Positions 16,126-24,610 of a stretch of DNA of 59,652 bases are shown piece after piece. Location of the stretch: positions 1 to 59,652 of the forward strand of contig DASUFQ010000123.1 of NCBI GenBank assembly GCA_036274515.1, given 5' to 3'. Under the pieces are notes generated by a model. It worked only from the letters and a program-made list of their open reading frames with translations, ran no database searches and had not been told where the DNA came from. A program made the translations under genes and the position numbers. Numbering within the stretch: position 1 is the first letter of the stretch; each line of letters starts with the position of its first letter. Source of the stretch: Gemmatimonadales bacterium (GTDB lineage: Bacteria > Gemmatimonadota > Gemmatimonadetes > Gemmatimonadales > GWC2-71-9).

Positions 16126-18000
16126 GTGGGCGATCCGGGGTTGATCGCGACTGGCCGCCGCATCGGCCGCTGGGTCTGGCGCGCCGTTCGGCGGAGCCTC
16201 CGGCCGTCGGGGCTCGTCCTGGTGTACGACCCGGGCTACGCCGTGCAGGTGGCTGCGATTCCCATGGATCCGCAGCGGGCGGAGCTGGTGCTGGCGTTCC
16301 TGGCGGACGAGGGGCTGGTGCGCCGGCGCGAGTTGCTGCGCCCCCATCCGGTGTCGGTCCGGAACCTCCGCCGGGTGCACACCGACGCCTACCTCGAGTC
16401 GCTGGAGAACCGCGAGGTCGTGGAGCAGATCGTCGGCGCCCCGCTGACCGAGCCGGCAGCCATGGCGCTGGTCGATTGCCAGCGCCTCGCGGCAGGGGGC
16501 ACGATGCTCGCCGCGGCCACCGCGGTGCGCACCGGGGCGGTGGCCGTCAATCTGGGCGGCGGCTTCCATCACGCCGCCGCCGGCCGGGGCATGGGATTCT
16601 GCGCCTTCAACGACCTCGCCCTCGCCGTCGCGCGGCTCCGGGCCGGCGGATTCGCGGCGCCGGTCCTGATTGTCGACCTCGACCTTCACGACGGGAACGG
16701 CACCCGACTCCTCTTCGCGGCCGACCCCACCGTCCACACCTTCACGATCCACAACCAGGACTGGTCGCCCCGCGAGGCGGCGGCAGCCACCGTCATCGCG
16801 CTCGGGACCGCGGTGGGCGACGACCGCTACCTCTCCACGCTGCGGGAGGCGCTGCCGCCGGTGCTGCGCCAGGTCCGCCCCGGCCTCGTGCTCTACGTAG
16901 CGGGCGTCGACCCGGCGGCCGATGACGCCGTCGGTGACTGGGCCATCTCGGCAGGCGCGATGCTGGCCCGCGACCAGTTCGTGATCGAGCAGGTGCGGCG
17001 CGCGGGCGCGGAGGTGCCGCTGGCGGTGGTCCTCGGCGGTGGTTACGGCGGGAACGCGTGGCGCTACACCGCGCGGTTTCTGGGTTGGCTGGCGGCCGGG
17101 CGGGCCGTCGAGCCGCCGACCAACGCCCGCCTCCTCGTCCGGCGCGCGCAGGAGCTCCAGCGCCAGCTCCGCGACGGTGCACGCGAACTGCCGGCGGCCT
17201 CGGAATGGACCCTCACACCGGAGGATGTGGCGGCGTTCCAGCTCGGCGGGGCGCCACCGCCGCGACGGCTCCTCGGCCGGTACGCGCCGCAGGGCGTCGA
17301 GCTCCTGATGGAGCGGCTGGGCATCCTGGGGCAGGTGCGGGCCCTCGGGTTTGCCCGACCGGTCCTCGATCTCGATTTCCACCTCGAGGATTCGGATACT
17401 GTCCGGCTGTTCGGGGATCCCGCGCGCAACGAACTCCTGATGGAGATCCGCTTCCGCCGGGACCGGGCAAGCCTCCCGGGGATGGAGGTACTCTTCGTCG
17501 AGTGGGTGCTGCTGCAAAACCCGCGGCGCGCCTTTCCCTCCGGCCGGCACGCGCTGCCCGGGCAGCAACACCCGGGGCTCGGGATCTTTCGTGACGTGAT
17601 GGCGTGGCTGGTCGTCCTTTGCTCGGAACTGGGACTCGACGGACTCGTGTTCAAGCCGGCGGGCTATTTCGTCGCAACGCTCGGAAGCAGGTTTCTCGAC
17701 CCAGTCCGGCAGGCGCGGCTCGAGGCGATGCGCCGCGCGCTGGGAGGCCTCCGCGTGGTCGACGCCAGCCGGGCGGTCGAGGAGGGGCGCGTCGTCGATG
17801 TGCGCACCGGGGCGCCGGTCGCGTGGGAGCCCGCTTCGATGGTGCTCCCCGTCTCCGACCGCCTGCGGCGGCTGGTCGAGGGCGATCGGTACGAACAGGA
17901 AGTGGAGCGCGCGCTGGCCGCCCTCTCGTACCGCCTGCGGATACCGGGCGAACCGGATGCCGCGAGCGGCGTATCCAGGTCCACGCGCGGGGCCGGATGA
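16126..18000 (+). CDS. Histone-deacetylase-family (HDAC/AcuC/APAH) Zn-dependent deacetylase fused to a ~290-aa C-terminal domain of unknown function
   Basis: GTG start preceded by GGAGGGAGG. HDAC motifs: GGGFHHA (res 144-150), DLDLHDGNG (184-192), AGVDPAADD, GGGYGG (303-309). Residues ~335-624 carry no HDAC similarity and contain a GNAT-motif-A-like Q-x-x-G-x-G (QQHPGLG, 17566..17583). Confidence 0.85.
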   Translation: MGDPGLIATGRRIGRWVWRAVRRSLRPSGLVLVYDPGYAVQVAAIPMDPQRAELVLAFLADEGLVRRRELLRPHPVSVRNLRRVHTDAYLESLENREVVEQIVGAPLTEPAAMALVDCQRLAAGGTMLAAATAVRTGAVAVNLGGGFHHAAAGRGMGFCAFNDLALAVARLRAGGFAAPVLIVDLDLHDGNGTRLLFAADPTVHTFTIHNQDWSPREAAAATVIALGTAVGDDRYLSTLREALPPVLRQVRPGLVLYVAGVDPAADDAVGDWAISAGAMLARDQFVIEQVRRAGAEVPLAVVLGGGYGGNAWRYTARFLGWLAAGRAVEPPTNARLLVRRAQELQRQLRDGARELPAASEWTLTPEDVAAFQLGGAPPPRRLLGRYAPQGVELLMERLGILGQVRALGFARPVLDLDFHLEDSDTVRLFGDPARNELLMEIRFRRDRASLPGMEVLFVEWVLLQNPRRAFPSGRHALPGQQHPGLGIFRDVMAWLVVLCSELGLDGLVFKPAGYFVATLGSRFLDPVRQARLEAMRRALGGLRVVDASRAVEEGRVVDVRTGAPVAWEPASMVLPVSDRLRRLVEGDRYEQEVERALAALSYRLRIPGEPDAASGVSRSTRGAG

Positions 18001-19115
18001 AGCGAGGCAACCTCTTCTTGTCTGTCATCGGGGGAGCCGGCCTCCTCCTCGCCGCGGGCGCGGTTCCACTCCTGGGATGGCGGCTGCAGTCACCCCGCCC
18101 GCTCGACGTCGTGATCCTCGACCACACCGTCCCCGACACGACCTACCGGGGGCATCGGGCGGTCGTCTGGGTTCTGAACCACCTGAGAATCGTCCACCAC
18201 CGGTCGCGCACTCCATACGATGCGGCCCGCGATTATGCGGGATTCGTCCCCCTCACCGATCGGGCCTGGGCGGTGCGGCCGTTCCCGAAGCCACTCGGCG
18301 GTGCTCGGGTGGTCTACGTGGCCGATACCTACGGCGTCCCCGCGAGTGGCCAGCGCCACGGGGACACGGGAGCGCCGGAGCGGATGCTCGCAGGCGGGAT
18401 GTCGGGCGCGGAGATCGACGCGCTCGAGGCCGCCGCGAGCGCGGGTGCCACCCTCATCGGGGAGTTCAACCTCGCCGCGGAGCCCACCGGCGATTCGATC
18501 CGCGCGCGCGTGGAACGGCTGTTCGGCTATCGGTCCTCGGGCTGGATCGGGCGGCGCTTCGAGGACCTGACGCGCGGCGTCCCGGGATGGGTCCGGGAGG
18601 GATGGTCGCGCCAGGAAGGACGCGTATGGGACGGGGTCGGGGCAGGCTTCGTGCTGACCAACCGCGATGGCCGTGTCCTGCTCCTCGACAGGCGGGTGCT
18701 GGAGGGATCCGGATTGGACATCGTCCCGACGGCCGCCGGCGACGCGCTGGGGATGGACGCCTCGCCGGCCCCGGGCGGCTGGTTCGATCTCGCGGAGCCG
18801 GCGGGCTCGACGGCGCTGGCCTGGTATGTCTGGCGCCTGACGCCTGCGGGGGACTCGGTTCTGGCGGCCGCCGGTGTTCCGAGGGCGGCGGCCGTCACCT
18901 GGCGGCGGTCGGGCGTCGCATCGGTGTACTACCTCGCGGGCGACTTCGCCTCAGCCTCCCCGCTCCCGCGATGGACCCGACTGCGCTGGACCGGCACCAT
19001 GTACCGGATGGCGCCGGCAGCCTTGCTTCCGCGGGGGGCCGCCTTCTTCTGGCGCGGATACCTGCCGCTCCTCTCCTCTATCCTGGACGCCGCCGCCCAG
19101 AATCCGGGGGGATGA
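17997..19115 (+). CDS. Hypothetical N-terminally anchored protein, translationally coupled to the HDAC fusion
   Basis: Trimmed from 17604 to ATG 17997 (ATGA overlap with the upstream stop). MKRGNLFLSVIGGAGLLLAAGAVPLLGW is a TM segment. The remaining ~345 aa match no family I recognise. Confidence 0.55.
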   Translation: MKRGNLFLSVIGGAGLLLAAGAVPLLGWRLQSPRPLDVVILDHTVPDTTYRGHRAVVWVLNHLRIVHHRSRTPYDAARDYAGFVPLTDRAWAVRPFPKPLGGARVVYVADTYGVPASGQRHGDTGAPERMLAGGMSGAEIDALEAAASAGATLIGEFNLAAEPTGDSIRARVERLFGYRSSGWIGRRFEDLTRGVPGWVREGWSRQEGRVWDGVGAGFVLTNRDGRVLLLDRRVLEGSGLDIVPTAAGDALGMDASPAPGGWFDLAEPAGSTALAWYVWRLTPAGDSVLAAAGVPRAAAVTWRRSGVASVYYLAGDFASASPLPRWTRLRWTGTMYRMAPAALLPRGAAFFWRGYLPLLSSILDAAAQNPGG

Positions 19116-19154
19116 CGGCGGGGTGAGAGCCACCTTGCGCGGCCGGATCACCAA

Positions 19155-19177
19155 AGTGCATATTTACCCATTATGCA
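19155..19177. promoter_or_regulatory. AT-rich island with TGCATA-N9-TATGCA dyad; candidate ARG box / argG promoter element
   Basis: AGTGCATATTTACCCATTATGCA overlaps the argG start codon (19173). It is the only AT-rich patch in the 57-nt gap upstream of a nine-gene operon that ends in argR. The TGCAT half-site is a known ARG-box variant. Confidence 0.35.
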
Positions 19178-20369
19178 AACACCATCCGGCGTCATCGCCC
19201 TGGCGTTCTCGGGCGGACTCGACACCTCCTACTGCGTGCCCCGGCTCGCCGAGCAGGGGTGGACCGTCCACACCGTCTACGTGAACACCGGCGGGGCATC
19301 CGCCGAGGCGCGCGACAGCATTCGCCGGCAGGCGGAGGCGGTGGGAAGCGTCGCGCACCACGAGATTGACGCCCGGGCGCTGGTCTACGACCGCTTCGTC
19401 CGATTTCTCATCCAGGGCAACGTGCTTCGCGGCGGCGTCTATCCGCTCAGCGTGGCCGCCGAGCGGACGCAGCAGGCGATCTCCGTCATCGAAGTGGCGC
19501 GCGCCATCGGCGCCACCGCAGTGGCGCATGGCTCCACCGGCGCCGGCAACGACCAGGTTCGATTCGATGTCACCCTCCGCGTCCTGGCGGCCGACCTCGC
19601 CATCGTGACCCCGGTCCGCGACGAGGGGCTGGCGAGGGCCCAGGCCATCGCCTACCTCGAGGCGCGCGGCCTGCCGGTCCCCGCCCGGGCCGGCGCCTAT
19701 TCGATCAACGCCGGGCTCTGGGGAACGACCTGGGGCGGTGGCTGGACCCACGACACCTGGGCCGGGCCGCCCGACGAGCTGCTGCAGCCGCCGGCCGACG
19801 CGCCGCCGGAGCGGGAAATCGTCCTGGAGTGGTCCGGCGGCCTGCCCGTGGCACTCGACGGAGCGCCGCTGGCCGGCCCTGACCTGGTGCACGCCCTCCA
19901 GGCGCTGGCGGACGCGTACGGATTCGGCCGCGGCATTCATGTCGGCGAAACGGCGCTCGGCATCAAGGGCCGGATCGGGTTCGAGGCCGGCGCCGCCGTC
20001 CTCCTCGTCGCGGCCCACCGGGAGCTCGAGAAGCTGGTGCTCACCAAGTGGCAGGCCTTCTGGAAGGACCAGCTCTCCACCTTCTACGGCGACCGGCTCC
20101 ACGAGGGGCAGTACTTCGACCCCGCCCTCCGCGACATCGAGGCGCTGTTGAGCCATTCCCAGGCCCGGGTGGTCGGGGAGACCCGGGTGCGCCTCGCCGC
20201 CGGGAAGTTCCAGGTGGTGGGGGCGCGGAGCCCGCACTCGATGATGGACGCCCGCGTGGCGACCTACGGCGAGGAGAACCGCCTCTGGACCGGCGACGAG
20301 GCGCGCGCCTTCGCGCGGGTCGCCGCCATACCCGCGCTCCTCGCGGCGCGCGCCGGCGGGGGGGAGTGA
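19173..20369 (+). CDS. argG: Argininosuccinate synthase
   Basis: ALAFSGGLDTS (ATP-PPase P-loop), HGSTGAGNDQVRF. 398 aa. Confidence 0.95.
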   Translation: MQTPSGVIALAFSGGLDTSYCVPRLAEQGWTVHTVYVNTGGASAEARDSIRRQAEAVGSVAHHEIDARALVYDRFVRFLIQGNVLRGGVYPLSVAAERTQQAISVIEVARAIGATAVAHGSTGAGNDQVRFDVTLRVLAADLAIVTPVRDEGLARAQAIAYLEARGLPVPARAGAYSINAGLWGTTWGGGWTHDTWAGPPDELLQPPADAPPEREIVLEWSGGLPVALDGAPLAGPDLVHALQALADAYGFGRGIHVGETALGIKGRIGFEAGAAVLLVAAHRELEKLVLTKWQAFWKDQLSTFYGDRLHEGQYFDPALRDIEALLSHSQARVVGETRVRLAAGKFQVVGARSPHSMMDARVATYGEENRLWTGDEARAFARVAAIPALLAARAGGGE

Positions 20370-21427
20370 TGGTCACCACGACGCGGGTTCGGCTCGATCG
20401 GGTCAGCTCGTCCACCCGGAACGCGCACCTCTCGACGGAGGTGATCGTCGGCGGCGAGATCGTCCCGGCGGAGGGATACGTCCTGGCCGTCCGGGTCCTC
20501 ACCGACAAGTCGTCCTACAACACGGTGGAGGATCTGGCCGGGCGGCTGGTGTCGCTCCGAAAGGGCGACGTGCTCGCCGGCACGCTGGGCAGCCGGCGTG
20601 CGCTGCGCGGCTATGCCGGCGAGGTCCCGGCCCGGATCGCCGTGGGCGACACCATCGACGTCCTCAACCTCGGCGGCGTGCTCGGACGCTGTACCTCCGC
20701 CAATCCGGATATCGGGCCGCCGTTCGCCGCGGAGGTGCTCGGCGCCGTCCTCGCCTTCCCGGCGCTCGGCGACCGCGTCGGCCGCCCCGCGCACATCCGG
20801 GACGGCGCCATTCCCTCGAGCGACGCCCTGGACTGCCAGGCGCCGGTGGTCTACGTGGCCGGCACGTGCATGAACGCCGGGAAGACCGTCGCCGCGACCG
20901 AACTCGTGCGCGGGCTCACCCGAAGCGGCCGCCGGGTCGCCGCCGCAAAGCTCACCGGTGTCTCACTCATGCGCGACACCCTCGCGATGCAGGATGCCGG
21001 CGCCGTGGCTGCGGTGACGTTCAACGACGCCGGCGCGGCCAGCACCCACGCGGGGATGACCGCGCCGGTCGCGAAGGGGCTCTTCAACCACCTGCAGCGC
21101 ACCGCGCGCCCCGACGTGATCGTCGCCGAACTCGGCGACGGCATCCTGGGCGAATACGGCGTGCAGGACATCCTGCGCGATCCGGAGCTCTCGGCGGCGG
21201 GCCGTGCCTGGGTCATGGCCGCGCCCGACCCTGTCGCCTGCTGGGGCGCCGACCAGCTCATGCGCGGCACCTACGCGCTGCCCATCACCGTCCTGACGGG
21301 CCCCGCCACCGACAACCAGGTCGGCCGGGACTACATCAGCCTCTCGCTCGGCATTCCCGCCCACAACGCGCTGCGGGACGCCGAGGGGCTGCTGGCCGCC
21401 GTCGTCGCCCGGCTGGAACCGGCGTGA
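20369..21427 (+). CDS. Unknown-function protein with GxxxxGKT P-loop, embedded in the arg operon
   Basis: Trimmed from 20048 to ATG 20369, which overlaps the argG TGA by 1 nt. 352 aa. N-terminal beta-rich ~150 aa, then VYVAGTCMNAGKTVAATELVRGL (20861..20887) and AELGDGILGEYG. No match to any canonical Arg enzyme that I recognise. Confidence 0.6.
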   Translation: MVTTTRVRLDRVSSSTRNAHLSTEVIVGGEIVPAEGYVLAVRVLTDKSSYNTVEDLAGRLVSLRKGDVLAGTLGSRRALRGYAGEVPARIAVGDTIDVLNLGGVLGRCTSANPDIGPPFAAEVLGAVLAFPALGDRVGRPAHIRDGAIPSSDALDCQAPVVYVAGTCMNAGKTVAATELVRGLTRSGRRVAAAKLTGVSLMRDTLAMQDAGAVAAVTFNDAGAASTHAGMTAPVAKGLFNHLQRTARPDVIVAELGDGILGEYGVQDILRDPELSAAGRAWVMAAPDPVACWGADQLMRGTYALPITVLTGPATDNQVGRDYISLSLGIPAHNALRDAEGLLAAVVARLEPA

Positions 21428-22452
21428 AGGTGGCGGTGGTGGGGGCGGCGGGCTACGTCGGGGGGGAGCTGCTCCGGATCGTCCTGCAGCACCCGGAGGT
21501 GTCCGAGGTGCTCGCCACGAGCCGGAGCCAGGCGGGAAAGCCCCTGGGCGACGTGCACCCGGCCCTGGCGACGCTCACCGACGCCAGGTTCGCGGGCCTC
21601 ACGCCGGCGGAGGCCGCGCGTGGCCAGGACGTGGTGTTCCTGTCGCTCGAGCACGGCGAATCGTCGCGGGTGGCCGGCGAGGTCTTCGACGCCGCCCCGG
21701 GGCTGGTGGTCGACCTGGCCGCCGATTTCCGCGTGCGCGACCTCCGGCTCTACGAACGGTACTACGGCGCGCATCCGGCCCCGGACCTGGTCACGCGCTT
21801 CACCTACGCGCTCGCCGATGTGCGGGGAACCGAGCTGCGCGGCGCGACCGCCCTCGCCGCGCCGGGCTGTTTTGCGACGGCCGCGCAGCTCGCGCTCTTC
21901 CCGCTCCGCGACGCCGGCGTCGCCGGGATTCCCGCGCTCTTCGGGGTGACCGGCTCCAGCGGCGCCGGGGTCCACCCGCGGCCGACCACCCACCATCCCG
22001 CCCGGGCCAGCAACCTCTTCGCGTACCTGCCGCTCGGCCATCGCCACGACGCCGAGGTGCTGCAGGCATGGCGCGGGTGGACCGGCGAGGCGGGCGCGAC
22101 CGCCAGGCTGATGACGCATTCGGGCCCTTTCGTGCGCGGCATCCACCTCACCCTGCACGCCACCGTCGACCCCGGGGTGGCTGCCCAGGTGGCCGACCGC
22201 TACGTCCGCGCCTTCGCCGGGCGGCCGTTCGTGCGCGTCCTGGATCAGCCGCCCGAACTCACGCACGCCGTCGGGACCAACCTGGCCCTCCTGCACGCCG
22301 TCGGCGACGCGGCCACCGGGGAGGTCCAGGTGATGGTGGCGCTCGACAACCTGATCAAGGGCGCCGGCGGCCAGGCGGTCCAGGCCATGAACCTGGCGCT
22401 TGGCCTCGATGAGTCGCTCGGCCTCCGCCTGGCGGCGCCGTTCCCGTGCTAG
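21424..22452 (+). CDS. argC: N-acetyl-gamma-glutamyl-phosphate reductase
   Basis: Trimmed from 20866 to GTG 21424 (GTGA overlap). VKVAVVGAAGYVGGELLRI..., catalytic-Cys region AAPGCFATAAQLAL, C-terminal DNLIKGAGGQAVQAMN. Confidence 0.9.
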   Translation: MKVAVVGAAGYVGGELLRIVLQHPEVSEVLATSRSQAGKPLGDVHPALATLTDARFAGLTPAEAARGQDVVFLSLEHGESSRVAGEVFDAAPGLVVDLAADFRVRDLRLYERYYGAHPAPDLVTRFTYALADVRGTELRGATALAAPGCFATAAQLALFPLRDAGVAGIPALFGVTGSSGAGVHPRPTTHHPARASNLFAYLPLGHRHDAEVLQAWRGWTGEAGATARLMTHSGPFVRGIHLTLHATVDPGVAAQVADRYVRAFAGRPFVRVLDQPPELTHAVGTNLALLHAVGDAATGEVQVMVALDNLIKGAGGQAVQAMNLALGLDESLGLRLAAPFPC

Positions 22453-23594
22453 CCGCCGGGGTGGAGGCGCTGCTCCCGGTTTATGCACAGATGCCGGTCC
22501 GGCCGGTGTCGGGGCGCGGCGCCTGGCTGGTGGATGAGGCGGGGGCCGAGTGGCTCGACGCCTACGGCGGCCACGCCGTGGCCTCGACCGGGCATTGTCA
22601 CCCGCGCGTCGTGGAGGCCATCGCCGCGCAGGCCGCCAAGCTGATGTTCTACTCCACCGCCGTGCCACACCCGCTGCGGGAGCAACTCGCCGCCGCGCTC
22701 GTCGCGCGCTGCCCGGCGCCGCTCGGGCGCGTCTTCTTCTGCAATTCCGGCGCGGAGGCCAACGAGAACGCCCTGCTCCTCGCACGGAAGGCCACCGGGC
22801 GCCGGGGGGTGGCGTCGGTGACGGGCGGGTGGCACGGCCGCACCGTCGCCACCCTGGCCTGTTCCGACGGGGCCGTGTACGAAGCCGGGGCGCTCCGGGC
22901 GGGGATGGCGCTTTCAACCAGGGTCGCCTTCGACGACGTCGAATCCCTCGAGCGGACGCTGGACGACACCATGGCGGCGTTGATCGTGGAACCGGTGCAG
23001 GGCATGGCGGGGGCGCGGCAGTGCAGCCCGGAATTTCTTGCCGCCGCGCGGCGGGTGTGCACCGAGCGCGGGATCGCGCTGCTCTTCGATGAGGTGCAGT
23101 GCGGCGTCGGGCGCAGCGGTGCTTTCACGGCGGCGGAGCTGTACGGCGTGGCGCCCGACGGGCTGACGCTGGCCAAGGGACTGGCCTCGGGGTATCCCAT
23201 CGGCGCGGTCATCGCCGGCCCGATGCTGTCCGGCGGCGTCGGCACGGGGGATCTCGGCAGCACCTTCGGCGGTGGACCGGTCGCCTGCGCGGCCGCGCTC
23301 GCCACGCTCGCCGTCCTGGCGGACGAGGATCTTGCCGGGAATGCCGCGCGCGTCGGGGCGCACCTCGCGACGGGCGCCCGCGCGCTCGGCGCACGGAAGG
23401 TGTGGGGCCACGGCCTGCTGCGCGGGCTCGACTTCGGGCGCCCCGCGAAGGACCTGCAGCAGGGCCTCTTCGCCCGCCGCATCCTGTCCGGCACCTCGGC
23501 CGACCCGAACGTCCTGCGCCTCATGCCGCCGCTGACGCTCTCGGTCCAGGAGGCGGACGTGCTGCTGGCGGGGCTGCGCGAGGAGCTCGCGTGA
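22446..23594 (+). CDS. argD: Acetylornithine (acyl-ornithine) aminotransferase, PLP-dependent class III
   Basis: FCNSGAEANE, DEVQCGVGRSG, PLP-lysine region TLAKGLASGYPIGA. GTG start with a 7-nt overlap onto argC. Confidence 0.9.
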   Translation: MLAAGVEALLPVYAQMPVRPVSGRGAWLVDEAGAEWLDAYGGHAVASTGHCHPRVVEAIAAQAAKLMFYSTAVPHPLREQLAAALVARCPAPLGRVFFCNSGAEANENALLLARKATGRRGVASVTGGWHGRTVATLACSDGAVYEAGALRAGMALSTRVAFDDVESLERTLDDTMAALIVEPVQGMAGARQCSPEFLAAARRVCTERGIALLFDEVQCGVGRSGAFTAAELYGVAPDGLTLAKGLASGYPIGAVIAGPMLSGGVGTGDLGSTFGGGPVACAAALATLAVLADEDLAGNAARVGAHLATGARALGARKVWGHGLLRGLDFGRPAKDLQQGLFARRILSGTSADPNVLRLMPPLTLSVQEADVLLAGLREELA

Positions 23595-24610
23595 CGAAGC
23601 GAGACTTTCTCGCGGTGGAAGACTGGCCCGCGGCCGGCATCGAGGAGATCCTGACACTCGCCGCCCGCATCAAGCGCGGCGAGGTGTGCGGCGGGCTCGA
23701 GCGACGCGTCCTGGCGATGGTCTTTCTTGACCCGAGCCTGCGCACCCGGGCGAGCTTCGAGACGGGGATGTTCCTGCACGGCGGGCACGCAGTGGTGCTC
23801 GAACCGGGCAAGGGGAGCTGGGCGCTCGAGACCGAGGACGGCGTCGTGATGGACGGCGATTCGGTGGAGCATGTGACCGAGGCCGCCCGGGTGCTCGGCC
23901 GGTACGCCGACGCCGTCGCGGTGCGCGCCTTCCCGCGCGGCGCGGACTGGGCGGTCGCGCGCGAGGACGGGGTGCTCCGGCAGTTCGCGCGCCAGTGCGA
24001 GAAGCCGGTCATCAACCTGGAGTCGTCGCGCCGGCACCCCTGCCAGGAGCTGGCGGACGCCTTCACCCTGCGCGAGAAGCTGGGCGACACCCGCGGGCGG
24101 AGGTTCGTCCTGACCTGGGCGTGGCACCCCAAGGCGCTGCCCTCCGCGGTGCCGGTCAGCGCCGCCCTGGCGGCCGCCCGCATGGGGATGGAGGTCACCA
24201 TCGCCGCGCCGGAGGGATGCGACCTCGACCCCGACGACCTCGCCACGATCGCGGCGGTGGGCCGGGAGGCGGGCGGCGGCCCGCCGAGGATCGTGCACGA
24301 CCAGGCGGAAGCGATTGCCGGCGCGGACGCGGTGTACGCAAAGTCGTGGGGCCCGGTGTCGCTCTACGGCCGGCCGGAGGCGCAACGCCCCTGGTTCGAC
24401 CGGCACCGGGACTGGCGACTGACCGCGGGACTGATGGATGCGACGCGCGGCGGTCGCGGCCTCGCCATGCACTGCCTGCCGGTGCGGCGGAACGTCGAAA
24501 TCGACGACGCGGTCCTCGACGGCCGGTGGTCGGCGGTGGTGGACCAGGCAGAAAACCGGCTGCATGTGCAGCGGGCTCTCCTCCTTACGATGATCGGGAG
24601 CACCGGGTGA
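23591..24610 (+). CDS. argF': Transcarbamylase of the N-acyl-ornithine (acetyl/succinyl-ornithine) carbamoyltransferase type
   Basis: Trimmed from 23099 to GTG 23591 (GTGA overlap). SLRTRASFE, HPCQELAD and HCLPVRRN are variants of the OTCase STRTR/HPTQ/HCLP motifs. The long loop GKGSWALETEDGVVMDGDSVEH is characteristic of AOTCase/SOTCase-like enzymes, as far as I recall. Confidence 0.75.
   Translation: MTKRDFLAVEDWPAAGIEEILTLAARIKRGEVCGGLERRVLAMVFLDPSLRTRASFETGMFLHGGHAVVLEPGKGSWALETEDGVVMDGDSVEHVTEAARVLGRYADAVAVRAFPRGADWAVAREDGVLRQFARQCEKPVINLESSRRHPCQELADAFTLREKLGDTRGRRFVLTWAWHPKALPSAVPVSAALAAARMGMEVTIAAPEGCDLDPDDLATIAAVGREAGGGPPRIVHDQAEAIAGADAVYAKSWGPVSLYGRPEAQRPWFDRHRDWRLTAGLMDATRGGRGLAMHCLPVRRNVEIDDAVLDGRWSAVVDQAENRLHVQRALLLTMIGSTG

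Noticed and set aside
16093-17571. 492-aa minus-strand ORF opposite the HDAC gene
   Set aside because: It is an antisense shadow. The plus-strand frame has unambiguous HDAC catalytic motifs.
21331-24565. 528-aa and 638-aa minus-strand ORFs across argC/argD/argF'
   Set aside because: They are antisense to clearly identifiable arginine-biosynthesis enzymes and carry no motifs.
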